From an uncultured Chloroflexia bacterium (GTDB lineage Bacteria; Chloroflexota; Limnocylindria; Limnocylindrales; CSP1-4), in the NCBI GenBank assembly GCA_963717255.1, contig CAVQVT010000013.1, forward strand, positions 96,760-160,759: a DNA stretch of 64,000 nucleotides. The letters are read 5' to 3'. The notes under the pieces were generated by a model that was given only the letters and a program-made list of their open reading frames with translations, did not search any database and was not told the DNA's origin. Positions 26,561 to 35,485 of the stretch are shown here, one piece after another; the stretch's first letter is position 1, and each line of letters opens with the position of its first letter. The position numbers were made by a program, and so were the translations under genes.

Positions 26561-26782
26561 ATGAACCGGCTGCGCGGCCTCGACCTCGGGGCCATCATCA
26601 TCGGCGTGCTGGTCCTCGGGGTGGGCGCCTACTACGTCCTGGTCAACACGTTCGGCGTGAACCTGCCCGACCTGGACTGGGACAAGATCTGGCCACTCGC
26701 GATCGTGGCCCTCGGCATCGCGATCCTCGCGGGCGCCTTGAGCCGGATGGGCCGCGGCGGACACGGGCCGCAGGGGGTCTGA
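26561..26782 (+). CDS. Small 2-TM membrane protein (LiaI/LiaF-TM-like)
   Basis: GGAG RBS; G.II...G.YY.L.N.FG...WDKIWPL.IV.LGI pattern. Confidence 0.75.
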   Translation: MNRLRGLDLGAIIIGVLVLGVGAYYVLVNTFGVNLPDLDWDKIWPLAIVALGIAILAGALSRMGRGGHGPQGV

Positions 26783-26995
26783 TCGAAGGCGCGTCGATCG
26801 GCCTCCCACCCGAAGCCCCGCCCGTGCCCCGGACGGGGCTTCACCCGATGCGGCCATCGGCCGCCCTGCCACGCCGCACCCTCCCTGCACCACCCCGCTC
26901 TGATGGTCCATCCTTGGGCGCGCCACGCCGCCTCGCGCCCGCCTCCGCGAGCGGGCCGCGCGGCAGCGCGGCCCCGACGTCACGAGGAGGAGCCC

Positions 26996-28399
26996 ATGCC
27001 GAAGGTGGAACGGATCGCCGACATCCTCGCGGGCCGGACGCCGGTCGGCGGGCGTGCCACGGTCCAGGGCTGGGTCCGGACACGCCGTGATTCGAAGGCC
27101 GGCCTCTCGTTCCTCCACGTCAACGACGGCTCCAGCCTGGACAACCTCCAGGTCGTCGCCCCCGAGACGCTCGGCAACTTCGAGGACGAGGTCCTGCACC
27201 TGACGGCCGGCTGCGCCGTCGGCGTCACCGGCACCGTCGCGGCCTCGCAGGGCAAGGGGCAGGCGGTCGAGCTGCTCGCCGAGTCGATCGACGTGGTCGG
27301 CTGGGTGGACGACCCGGAGACCTACCCGATCCAGGCGAAGCGCCACAGCTTCGAGTACCTGCGCGAGGTCGCCCACCTCCGGCCGCGGACGAACACCTTC
27401 GGTGCGGTCGCTCGGGTCCGCCACAGCCTCGCGATGGCGATCCACCGCTATTTCGACGAGCACGGCTTCTACTGGATCCACACCCCGATCCTCACGGCCA
27501 GCGACGCGGAGGGCGCCGGCGAGCTCTTCCGCGTCTCCACGCTCGACCTGGCGAACCTCCCGCGCACCCCCGACGGCGCGGTCGACTACGCGCAGGACTT
27601 CTTCGGGAAGCCCGCCTTCCTCACCGTGTCCGGCCAGCTGAACATCGAGGCGTACTGCCTTGCGCTCACGAACGTCTACACGTTCGGGCCCACCTTCCGG
27701 GCCGAGAACTCGAACACCAGCCGGCACCTCTCCGAGTTCTGGATGGTCGAGCCGGAGATCGCGTTCGCCGACATCCACGACAACGCCGACCTGGCCGAGG
27801 ACCTGCTGCGGCACAGCTTTCGGGCGATCCTGGACGAACGGCCCGAGGACATGGCGTTCTTCGCCGACCGGATCGATCCGGACGCGGTCTCGCGGCTCGA
27901 GGCGCTCACGTCCTCGACCTTCGCACGGATGACCTACACGGAGGCGATCGACGCGCTCGAGCGGGCCGGACGCTCGTGGGAGTTCCCGGTCTCGTGGGGC
28001 GTCGCCCTGCAGGCGGAGCACGAGCGGTACCTCTGCGAGGAGTACGCGAAGCGCCCGGTGGTGGTCGTGGACTACCCGAAGGAGATCAAGGCGTTCTACA
28101 TGCGCCTCAACGACGACGGACGCACCGTCGCCGCGATGGACGTGCTCGCCCCCGGCATCGGCGAGATCGTGGGCGGCAGCCAGCGCGAGGAGCGCCTGGA
28201 CGTGCTCGACGCGCGCATCCGCGAGACGGGCCTCGACCCGGACGTCTACTGGTGGTACCGCGACCTGCGCCGCTACGGCACCGTGCCGCACGCGGGGTTC
28301 GGGCTCGGATTCGACCGTTCGGTCGCGTACGCCACGGGCATGGCGAACATCCGTGACGTCATCCCGTTCCCGCGGACGCCCGCCAGTGCGGACTTCTAG
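26996..28399 (+). CDS. asnS: Asparagine--tRNA ligase
   Basis: [61 protein letters not shown]. Confidence 0.97.
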   Translation: MPKVERIADILAGRTPVGGRATVQGWVRTRRDSKAGLSFLHVNDGSSLDNLQVVAPETLGNFEDEVLHLTAGCAVGVTGTVAASQGKGQAVELLAESIDVVGWVDDPETYPIQAKRHSFEYLREVAHLRPRTNTFGAVARVRHSLAMAIHRYFDEHGFYWIHTPILTASDAEGAGELFRVSTLDLANLPRTPDGAVDYAQDFFGKPAFLTVSGQLNIEAYCLALTNVYTFGPTFRAENSNTSRHLSEFWMVEPEIAFADIHDNADLAEDLLRHSFRAILDERPEDMAFFADRIDPDAVSRLEALTSSTFARMTYTEAIDALERAGRSWEFPVSWGVALQAEHERYLCEEYAKRPVVVVDYPKEIKAFYMRLNDDGRTVAAMDVLAPGIGEIVGGSQREERLDVLDARIRETGLDPDVYWWYRDLRRYGTVPHAGFGLGFDRSVAYATGMANIRDVIPFPRTPASADF

Positions 28400-28462
28400 C
28401 GGGCTTGCGGCGGTCCGGACCGACGGCACCCGCACCGGGAGCGTGCGGCTGGCGGCCATCCG

Positions 28463-28692
28463 CGCCGCTCACTCCTCTCGCGGAGAGCCTCGGCGCTCGG
28501 CGCGGCTCCGTCTCGGACATCTTCCTGCCGGACGCCGTCGCCCGGACGATCCCGATCTGGTCGAGTGCGCTCGTCGCCCTCGGGATCGCGCTGCACGTCC
28601 GCGGGCTCGCGCGCGAGGGCGGGACGCGCCGGCGGCACGACGAGGGCGTGGTCGCGCCGCGCGAGGCGCGCGGCCGAGGGCCACGCGCGTGA
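28463..28692 (+). pseudogene. 3' remnant of a membrane-protein gene (CPLT...DIFLP type)
   Basis: APLTPLAESLGARRGSVSDIFLP..VARTIP followed by one TM; no plausible start or N-terminal helices. Confidence 0.45.
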
Positions 28693-28918
28693 ATGCGATC
28701 GTCCAGCGTCGATCCGGCCCGCCCGCCGCGCTCCGATCGTCTCGGGGAGCCCCTGCCGTCCGGCTCCCCGAGAGGCCGCGAAGGGGCACGCTCGACCGAC
28801 CGGAATGGCCCTGTCACCGTGAGCCGCGGTCCCCCTAGGATCGAGCGGATCGCCGTGCTCCTCGCGGGCCGGGTCACCGGACCGCACCTGGGAGCACGGC
28901 CTCCGTTTGGAGGCTTCG

Positions 28919-29452
28919 ATGACCACCGGCCTGGTGACGGCGTCGACGCGCGACGAGGATCGGGACCTGATCGACCGCGTCATCGGCGACCAGGCCGGGC
29001 GCCCCGGCGCGCTGCTCGGCATCCTGGAGAAGCTGCAGGAGCACCACCGCCACAAGTACCTCCCGATGGAGACGCTCGAGTACGTCGCCGCACGGACGGG
29101 CGTCCCCCAGTCGCAGGTCTACGGCGTGGCGACCTTCTACGCGCTCTTCAACCTGGACCCGCAGGGCACCCACACCGTGGCGATCTGCCGCGGCACCGCC
29201 TGTCACACCCGCGGATCGCGGGCACTGCTCGAGCGCGTGAAGCTGCAGCTCGGCCTGCAGGAGGTGGGCGAGGGTGCCGACAAGCTCACGCTCACCACGC
29301 CGGACCGTCGTTTCACCATCCGCACCGTCGCGTGCTTCGGCCAGTGCGCGCTGGCCCCGGTGGTCGAGGTGAACCACGCGATCCGCGGGCACGTGAAGGA
29401 GCAGGCGCTCATCCGCGAGGTCGAGACGCTGCGGAAGGATGGCGGACGATGA
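28919..29452 (+). CDS. hoxE: NuoE/HoxE-like [2Fe-2S] subunit
   Basis: VYGVATFY, CRGTAC, CFGQCALAP. Confidence 0.9.
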   Translation: MTTGLVTASTRDEDRDLIDRVIGDQAGRPGALLGILEKLQEHHRHKYLPMETLEYVAARTGVPQSQVYGVATFYALFNLDPQGTHTVAICRGTACHTRGSRALLERVKLQLGLQEVGEGADKLTLTTPDRRFTIRTVACFGQCALAPVVEVNHAIRGHVKEQALIREVETLRKDGGR

Positions 29453-32400
29453 GGATCCAGGACATCGCCGCCTTCGCCGCGGTTCGCGAAGCCGGCCTCG
29501 CGAAGATCGTCCCGAGCAAGCCCCGCATCGGCGTGGGCATGGGCACGTGCGGCTCCGGCAACGGCGCGGAGTCGGTCTTCCACGCATTCGCCTCCGAGAT
29601 CGACGCGCGGGGCCTCGCCATCCAGCTTGCGCCGGTCGGCTGCTTCGGCTACTGCGCCGAGGAGCCGCTCGTCAACGTCTGGGTCCCGGGCCGCCCACTG
29701 CTCATGCTGCGACAGGTCCAGCCGAACCACGTGGACGCGATCCTCGGCGCGATCGGCCGCGGCCAGATGCCGCCGGACGAGATCGTCCTCTGCAAGATCG
29801 AGGAGTGGGACCACCTCACTGGCCACGTCAAGTACGGCTACGGCTACCCGGAGGTCCCTCACTGGCACGAGCTGCCCTTCTTCTCCGGGCAGGTCAAGAC
29901 CGTCCTGCGCAACTGCGGGCTCATCAACCCGGACGACATCGAGGAATACGTCGCGATCGGCGGATACCAGGCCCTGTACAAGGTCCTGATCGACCAGAAC
30001 CCCGCCGGCGTGATCGAGCAGATCAAGGCCGCCAAGCTCCGCGGCCGCGGCGGGGCCGGGTATCTCACCGGGAACAAGTGGGAGTTCCTCCAGAAGGCCG
30101 TCGACCCGGTCAAGTACGTCATCTGCAACGCGGACGAGGGCGACCCCGGCGCGTACATGAACCGCAACGAGATCGAGTCCGACCCGCATGCGCTCCTCGA
30201 GGGGATGCTGATCGGCGGCTTCGTGACCGGCGCAACGCGCGGGATCGTCTACGTCCGCGCCGAGTATCCGCTCGCGGTCCTGCGCCTCGAGCGCGCGATC
30301 GACCAGGCGCGGGCCTACGGCGTCCTCGGCGAGAACGTCCTCGGCCGCGGCTTCTCGTTCGACATCGAGCTCGTGGAGGGCGCGGGCGCCTTCGTGTGCG
30401 GCGAGGAGACTGCCCTCATCGCGTCCCTGGAGGGCCACTCCGGGCGCCCCAGGACGCGTCCGCCGTTCCCGGCCCAGAAGGGCCTGTACGGCAAGCCGAC
30501 GAACATCAACAACGTCGAGACCTGGTACAACGTCGCGCCCATCGTGTCCAAGGGCCCGGCCTGGTTCACGGAGACCGGCAGCCCCAAGAGCCCGGGCACC
30601 AAGGTCTTCTCGCTGGTCGGCAAGGTGAAGAGCACCGGCCTCGTCGAGATGCCGCTCGGGACGCCCCTCGCCAAGTTCATCTACGACGTCGGCGAGGGCG
30701 GCACGAACGGCCGCGACATCAAGGCGGTCCAGACGGGCGGTCCGTCGGGCGGCTGCATCCCGGCCGAGATGTTCGACACCCCGGTCGACTACGAGACGCT
30801 CGCTCAGCTCGGCTCGATCATGGGCTCGGGCGGCATGGTCGTCATGGACGCCGACAACTGCATGGTCGACGTCGCCCGCTACTTCATCGAGTTCACCCAC
30901 TCGGAGAGCTGCGGGAAGTGCGTCCCGTGCCGCGTCGGCCTCGACAAGGCGCTGCGGATCCTCGACCGCTGCACGCTCGGCAAAGCGACCCACGAGGATC
31001 TCGCGGCGCTCGACGAGCTGTGCCGCATGGTCCGCGACACGTCGCTCTGCGGGCTCGGCCAGAGCGCCCCCAACCCGGTGCTCACCACGCTGCGCCACTT
31101 CCGCCACGAGTTCGAGGACCACATCGTCGCGAAACGCTGTCGCGCCGGCGTGTGCGAGGACCTTGCGCTCTCGCCCTGTGAGAACTCGTGCCCGCTGCAC
31201 ATGAACATCCCGCGCTTCCTGCAGCTGTACAAGGAGGGGCGCCTCGAGGATGCGTTCCTCTCGGTGATCTTCGACAACCCGCTGCCAGCCTCCACCGGAC
31301 GCGTGTGCCAGCACCCGTGCGACGACCGCTGCCGACGCGCCGCGGTGGACGAGGCGGTGAACATGCGCGACGTCCATCGGCTCATCGCGGACCAGGTGCT
31401 GCTCTCCGACCGGTTCGACGCGATGGTCGAGCGCGTGCGCGAGCGCCGGCTCGAGCCGACCGGGCGGGAGATCGCGATCGTGGGCGCAGGGCCCACGGGC
31501 CTCGCCTGCGCGTTCTACCTCGCGCTCCTGGGCCACAGCGTCGTCGTCTACGACTCGCGGCCGGCCGCCGGCGGGATGCTCCGCTACGCGCTTCCGGAGT
31601 ACCGCCTTCCCAAGACGGTGCTGGACAAGGAGATCGAGCTCATCGAGCGGATGGGCGTCCGCTTCCAGTTCAACGTGAACGTGGGCGAGGACATCACGCT
31701 CAACGACATCGCCCATCAGTACGACGCGGTCTTCCTCGCCATCGGGACGTGGAAGGAAGCGTGGGTCTACCTGCCCGGCACGGAGCTCACGGGGGTCATC
31801 CCCGCGCTGCCCTTCCTCGAGGCCGTCGCGCGCGACGAGCAGGTACCGGTCGGGAGGAGCGTGGTCGTGATCGGCGGCGGCAATGCCGCGATCGACTCGG
31901 CACGCACGGCGCGACGGCTCGGCGCCGAAGTCACCGTCGCCTATCGCCGCGAGCGCAAGGACATGCCCGCGATCCCCGAGGAGGTCGAGGCGGCCGAGCA
32001 CGAGGGCGTGAAGGTCGTCTACCTCGCCGCCCCGCATCGGATCGTCGGCGACAAGAACGGCCAGGTCCGCGCGATCGAGGCCGTCCGGACGAAGCTCGGC
32101 GAGTTCGACACCTCGGGCCGGCGCCGGCCGGTGTCCACCGACGAGGTCATCCGCTTCGAGTGCGACACGGTGGTGCTCGCGGTCGGCGAGAAGGTGGACC
32201 CTGACTTCCTGAAGGCCTCGGGCCTGAAGGCCAGGGAGGCCGGCACGATCGAGGTGGACCGCTACACGCTCGAGACGAGCCGCGAACGCTTCTACGCCGG
32301 CGGCGACCTGATCACCGGCGCCTCGAACGTCTCGAACGCGATGGGCTACGGCAAGAAGGCCGCCCGGAACATCGACAAGAAGCTGATGGGGCGGAAGCGC

Positions 32401-32604
32401 TTCGCCGGTCTCCTCCCCGAGTTCGAGTACGCGATGGAGCCACCCGAGACGCCGGTCGAGGACGGGCGCCACGTGCCCGCCGAGACGCCCGCCGCCCAGC
32501 GGGTGGGCTCCTACGCCGAGGTCTCGCTCGGCCTCACCCCCGTGGCGGCCGTCTCGGAGACGTCCCGCTGCCTGCGCTGCGACATCCGCAGCGCCGAGCG
32601 CTAG
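29449..32604 (+). CDS. hoxF: HoxF/NuoF diaphorase subunit fused to a GltD/NfnB-like FAD/NADP(H) oxidoreductase
   Basis: N-terminal thioredoxin-like 2Fe-2S domain; LRGRGGAG, CNADEGDPG, GAFVCGEET, ESCGKCVPCR; then PCENSCP, GRVC.HPC...C, GAGPTG, GGGNAAID, YRR, RCLRC. Confidence 0.9.
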   Translation: MRIQDIAAFAAVREAGLAKIVPSKPRIGVGMGTCGSGNGAESVFHAFASEIDARGLAIQLAPVGCFGYCAEEPLVNVWVPGRPLLMLRQVQPNHVDAILGAIGRGQMPPDEIVLCKIEEWDHLTGHVKYGYGYPEVPHWHELPFFSGQVKTVLRNCGLINPDDIEEYVAIGGYQALYKVLIDQNPAGVIEQIKAAKLRGRGGAGYLTGNKWEFLQKAVDPVKYVICNADEGDPGAYMNRNEIESDPHALLEGMLIGGFVTGATRGIVYVRAEYPLAVLRLERAIDQARAYGVLGENVLGRGFSFDIELVEGAGAFVCGEETALIASLEGHSGRPRTRPPFPAQKGLYGKPTNINNVETWYNVAPIVSKGPAWFTETGSPKSPGTKVFSLVGKVKSTGLVEMPLGTPLAKFIYDVGEGGTNGRDIKAVQTGGPSGGCIPAEMFDTPVDYETLAQLGSIMGSGGMVVMDADNCMVDVARYFIEFTHSESCGKCVPCRVGLDKALRILDRCTLGKATHEDLAALDELCRMVRDTSLCGLGQSAPNPVLTTLRHFRHEFEDHIVAKRCRAGVCEDLALSPCENSCPLHMNIPRFLQLYKEGRLEDAFLSVIFDNPLPASTGRVCQHPCDDRCRRAAVDEAVNMRDVHRLIADQVLLSDRFDAMVERVRERRLEPTGREIAIVGAGPTGLACAFYLALLGHSVVVYDSRPAAGGMLRYALPEYRLPKTVLDKEIELIERMGVRFQFNVNVGEDITLNDIAHQYDAVFLAIGTWKEAWVYLPGTELTGVIPALPFLEAVARDEQVPVGRSVVVIGGGNAAIDSARTARRLGAEVTVAYRRERKDMPAIPEEVEAAEHEGVKVVYLAAPHRIVGDKNGQVRAIEAVRTKLGEFDTSGRRRPVSTDEVIRFECDTVVLAVGEKVDPDFLKASGLKAREAGTIEVDRYTLETSRERFYAGGDLITGASNVSNAMGYGKKAARNIDKKLMGRKRFAGLLPEFEYAMEPPETPVEDGRHVPAETPAAQRVGSYAEVSLGLTPVAAVSETSRCLRCDIRSAER

Positions 32605-32616
32605 GGAGGCCCCGTC

Positions 32617-33324
32617 GTGTCCGAGAAGGTGAAGGTCCGCATCGACGGCGAGGTGATCGCAGCCACCGCCGGCCAGACGATCCTGGAGGTCGCGCGGGCG
32701 AACAACACGTACATCCCGGCTCTCTGCTACATGGAGGGCCTGAGCGCGGTCGGCGCCTGCCGGCTGTGCATGGTCGAGATCTCCGGCGTCGGCAAGCTCC
32801 AGCCAGCCTGCACCACCCCGGTGCAGGAGGGCCTGGCGGTCGTGACCACGTCGCCACAGCTCGAGGCCTACCGGAAGATCGCCCTCGAGCTGCTCTTCGC
32901 CGAGCGCAACCACGTCTGCGCGGTGTGCGTCTCGTCGGGACACTGCGAGCTGCAGACCCTCGCCCAGGACCACGGCGTGACGCACGTCCGCTATCCGTAC
33001 AGCTACCCGCGCCTGTCGGTGGACACCTCTCACCCGCGATACGTGCTCGACCACAACCGCTGCATCCTCTGCTCGCGCTGCGTCCGCGCCTGCGCCGAGA
33101 TCGAGGGAGCCCACGTCTGGGACTTCGCCGGTCGCGGCATCCAGTCGCTCCTCGTCTCGGAGCTGAAGCGGCCCTGGGGCGAGTCGTCGTCGTGCACGAG
33201 CTGCGGCAAGTGCGTCCAGGCGTGCCCCACCGGCGCGATGGCCGAGAAGGGCTGGGGCGTCGAGGAGATGACCAAGCAGAGGTCGGTCGTCAGCCGCCTC
33301 TCGTCCATGCGGGAGGGCGACTGA
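32617..33324 (+). CDS. hoxU: Bidirectional hydrogenase diaphorase subunit HoxU
   Basis: IPALC, GACRLC, ERNHVCAVC...CELQ, RCILCSRCVRAC, CTSCGKCVQACPTGA. Confidence 0.93.
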   Translation: MSEKVKVRIDGEVIAATAGQTILEVARANNTYIPALCYMEGLSAVGACRLCMVEISGVGKLQPACTTPVQEGLAVVTTSPQLEAYRKIALELLFAERNHVCAVCVSSGHCELQTLAQDHGVTHVRYPYSYPRLSVDTSHPRYVLDHNRCILCSRCVRACAEIEGAHVWDFAGRGIQSLLVSELKRPWGESSSCTSCGKCVQACPTGAMAEKGWGVEEMTKQRSVVSRLSSMREGD

Positions 33325-33854
33325 TGGACAGGCCCACGATCGGTACCTGCTGGCTCGACGGCTGCTCGGGCTGTCACATGTCGCTGCTCGACATCGACGA
33401 GGGCATCGTCGCCGTGCTCCGCAAGGCGGACATCGTGTTCGGCCCCCTGGTGGACGCGCAGGAGTGGCCCGAAGGAGTGGACGTCGCGGTCATCGAGGGC
33501 GCGATCAGCAGCCAGGACGATCTCAAGCTCGCCCAGACCGCCCGGGCGCGGAGCCAGGTCGTGGTCGCGCTCGGCGACTGTGCCGTGACCGGCAACGTCC
33601 CCGCCATGCGCAACGGGATCCCCACGCGACGGCTGCTCGAGCGGGTCTACGTGGAGGGTGCCACGGCGCAGCCACAGATCCCGAGCGACGGCGTGCCTGC
33701 GCTGCTCAAGCAGGCGCAGCCGCTGCACCAGTCGATCAGGGTGGACGTCCACGTCCCGGGCTGCCCGCCGAAGCCCAGCGCGATCCTGACGGTGCTCGGC
33801 GAGCTGCTCGATGGCCGGGTGCCGGATCTCGGCTCCAGGCTGCGGTTCGGGTGA
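33324..33854 (+). CDS. hoxY: [NiFe]-hydrogenase small subunit (group 3d)
   Basis: WLDGCSGCHMS, GDCAVTGNV, PGCPP. Confidence 0.92.
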   Translation: MDRPTIGTCWLDGCSGCHMSLLDIDEGIVAVLRKADIVFGPLVDAQEWPEGVDVAVIEGAISSQDDLKLAQTARARSQVVVALGDCAVTGNVPAMRNGIPTRRLLERVYVEGATAQPQIPSDGVPALLKQAQPLHQSIRVDVHVPGCPPKPSAILTVLGELLDGRVPDLGSRLRFG

Positions 33855-33979
33855 GGCCGGCCATGACGACCAGACGAGACGACGCCGGGAGCGCCGGCCG
33901 CGCACAGCGGGCCCGCAAGGGCGGCGCCAGGCCTGCGACGGTGCCCGCCCCGCAGCCGGCGGAGGCCGGGAGGCCAGCC

Positions 33980-35401
33980 ATGACCAAGATCACGATCGAC
34001 CACATCACGCGGATCGAGGGCCACGGCCGGATCACCATCCGGCTCGACGAGGCCGGGAAGGTCGCGGACGCCCGGTTCCACGTCACCCAGGTCCGCGGCT
34101 TCGAGAAGTTCACCGTCGGGCGGCCGTACTACGAGATGCCGTCGATCACGTCGCGCATCTGCGGCATCTGCCCGGTGAGCCATCTCCTCGCCTCCGCGAA
34201 GGCGTGCGATGACATCATGGCCGTGCGCGTCCCGCAGACCGCCGCGTTGCTGCGCGAGCTGCTCCATTGCGCCCAGGTCGTGCAGTCCCACGCGCTGTCG
34301 TTCTTCCACCTCTCGGCGCCGGACCTGCTCCTGGGCATGGACGCCGACCCTGCCCGACGCAACATCGCGGGCCTCCTCGAGGAGCATCCCGACGCGCTGC
34401 GTGACGGGATCGCCCTGCGCAAGTTCGGCCAGCAGGTCATCGAACGGCTCGCGCGTGAGCGCGTCCACCCGTCGTGGGTCGTGCCCGGTGGCGTGAACGC
34501 GCCGCTCGACCCGCAGGCGCGCGAGAAGACGCTCGCCGAGATCCCCGCCGCGGCGGCGATCGTGCAGCGCACCCTGGCACTCTGGAAGAGGACCGTCGCG
34601 GACTTCCCGGACGAGATCGAGGCGTTCAGCAACTTCCCCACCATGTACTGCGGCCTGGTGGGGCCGGACGGATCGCTGCGGCTCTACGACGGGAACCTGC
34701 GCTTCGTCGACGCTGCCGGGAACGTCGTCGCCGACCAGGTGCGGCCGGACGACTACGCGGCCCGCATCGGCGAGGCGACCCTGCCGGACTCGTATCTCAA
34801 GTCCCCGTACTACCTGCCCGCCGGCTACCCCGACGGCATCTACCGGGTCGGCCCGCTCGCGCGCCTCAACGTCGCGGACCGGTGCGGGACGCCGGAGGCC
34901 GACGCCGAGCTCGAGGAGTACCGGACGCGGTTCGGGCGCATCGTCCAGAGCGGCTTCCACTACCACTACGCGCGGCTCATCGAGGCCCTGTACGCGCTCG
35001 AGCGGATGCAGCAGCTGCTCGACGACCCGGCCATCCTCGGCACGAAGGTCCGTGCTCACGCCGGCGTGAACGCGTCCGAGGGCACGGGGATCATCGAGGC
35101 GCCTCGCGGGACTCTCATCCACCACTACAAGGTGGACGACAACGGCGCGATCACCTGGGCGAACCTGATCGTCGCCACCGGCCACAACAACCTGGCCATC
35201 GGGCGCGGCGTCCTCCAGGTCGCGCAGCGATTCGTGGACGGGACGAAGATCCAGGAGGGCGCGCTCAATCGCGTCTCGGCCCTGGTACGCGCGTACGACC
35301 CGTGCCTCAGCTGCTCCACGCACGCTCTGGGCATGGCGTCGGTGGTCCTCGAGCTGCGCGGCGCGGACGGCGCCCTGCTCGACGAGGCGGCGACGCCGTA
35401 G
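33980..35401 (+). CDS. hoxH: [NiFe]-hydrogenase large subunit (group 3d)
   Basis: TRIEGH, RGFEKF, RICGICPVSH (L1), EAPRGTL.HHY, DPCLSCSTH (L2) plus a cleavable C-terminal tail. Confidence 0.95.
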   Translation: MTKITIDHITRIEGHGRITIRLDEAGKVADARFHVTQVRGFEKFTVGRPYYEMPSITSRICGICPVSHLLASAKACDDIMAVRVPQTAALLRELLHCAQVVQSHALSFFHLSAPDLLLGMDADPARRNIAGLLEEHPDALRDGIALRKFGQQVIERLARERVHPSWVVPGGVNAPLDPQAREKTLAEIPAAAAIVQRTLALWKRTVADFPDEIEAFSNFPTMYCGLVGPDGSLRLYDGNLRFVDAAGNVVADQVRPDDYAARIGEATLPDSYLKSPYYLPAGYPDGIYRVGPLARLNVADRCGTPEADAELEEYRTRFGRIVQSGFHYHYARLIEALYALERMQQLLDDPAILGTKVRAHAGVNASEGTGIIEAPRGTLIHHYKVDDNGAITWANLIVATGHNNLAIGRGVLQVAQRFVDGTKIQEGALNRVSALVRAYDPCLSCSTHALGMASVVLELRGADGALLDEAATP

Positions 35402-35485
35402 GCTCCCGCGCGTGTCGTCCGGCCGTGCCGGCCTGACGCTCGTCCGGAGGAGCGGCAGCCGGCCGCGGCCGGGTCGGGCTCGGCG

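Noticed and set aside
29203-33114. Very long antisense ORFs (also 35540-39463, 48125-50971 and others)
   Set aside because: Shadow ORFs expected opposite real genes in high-GC DNA; no recognisable motifs.
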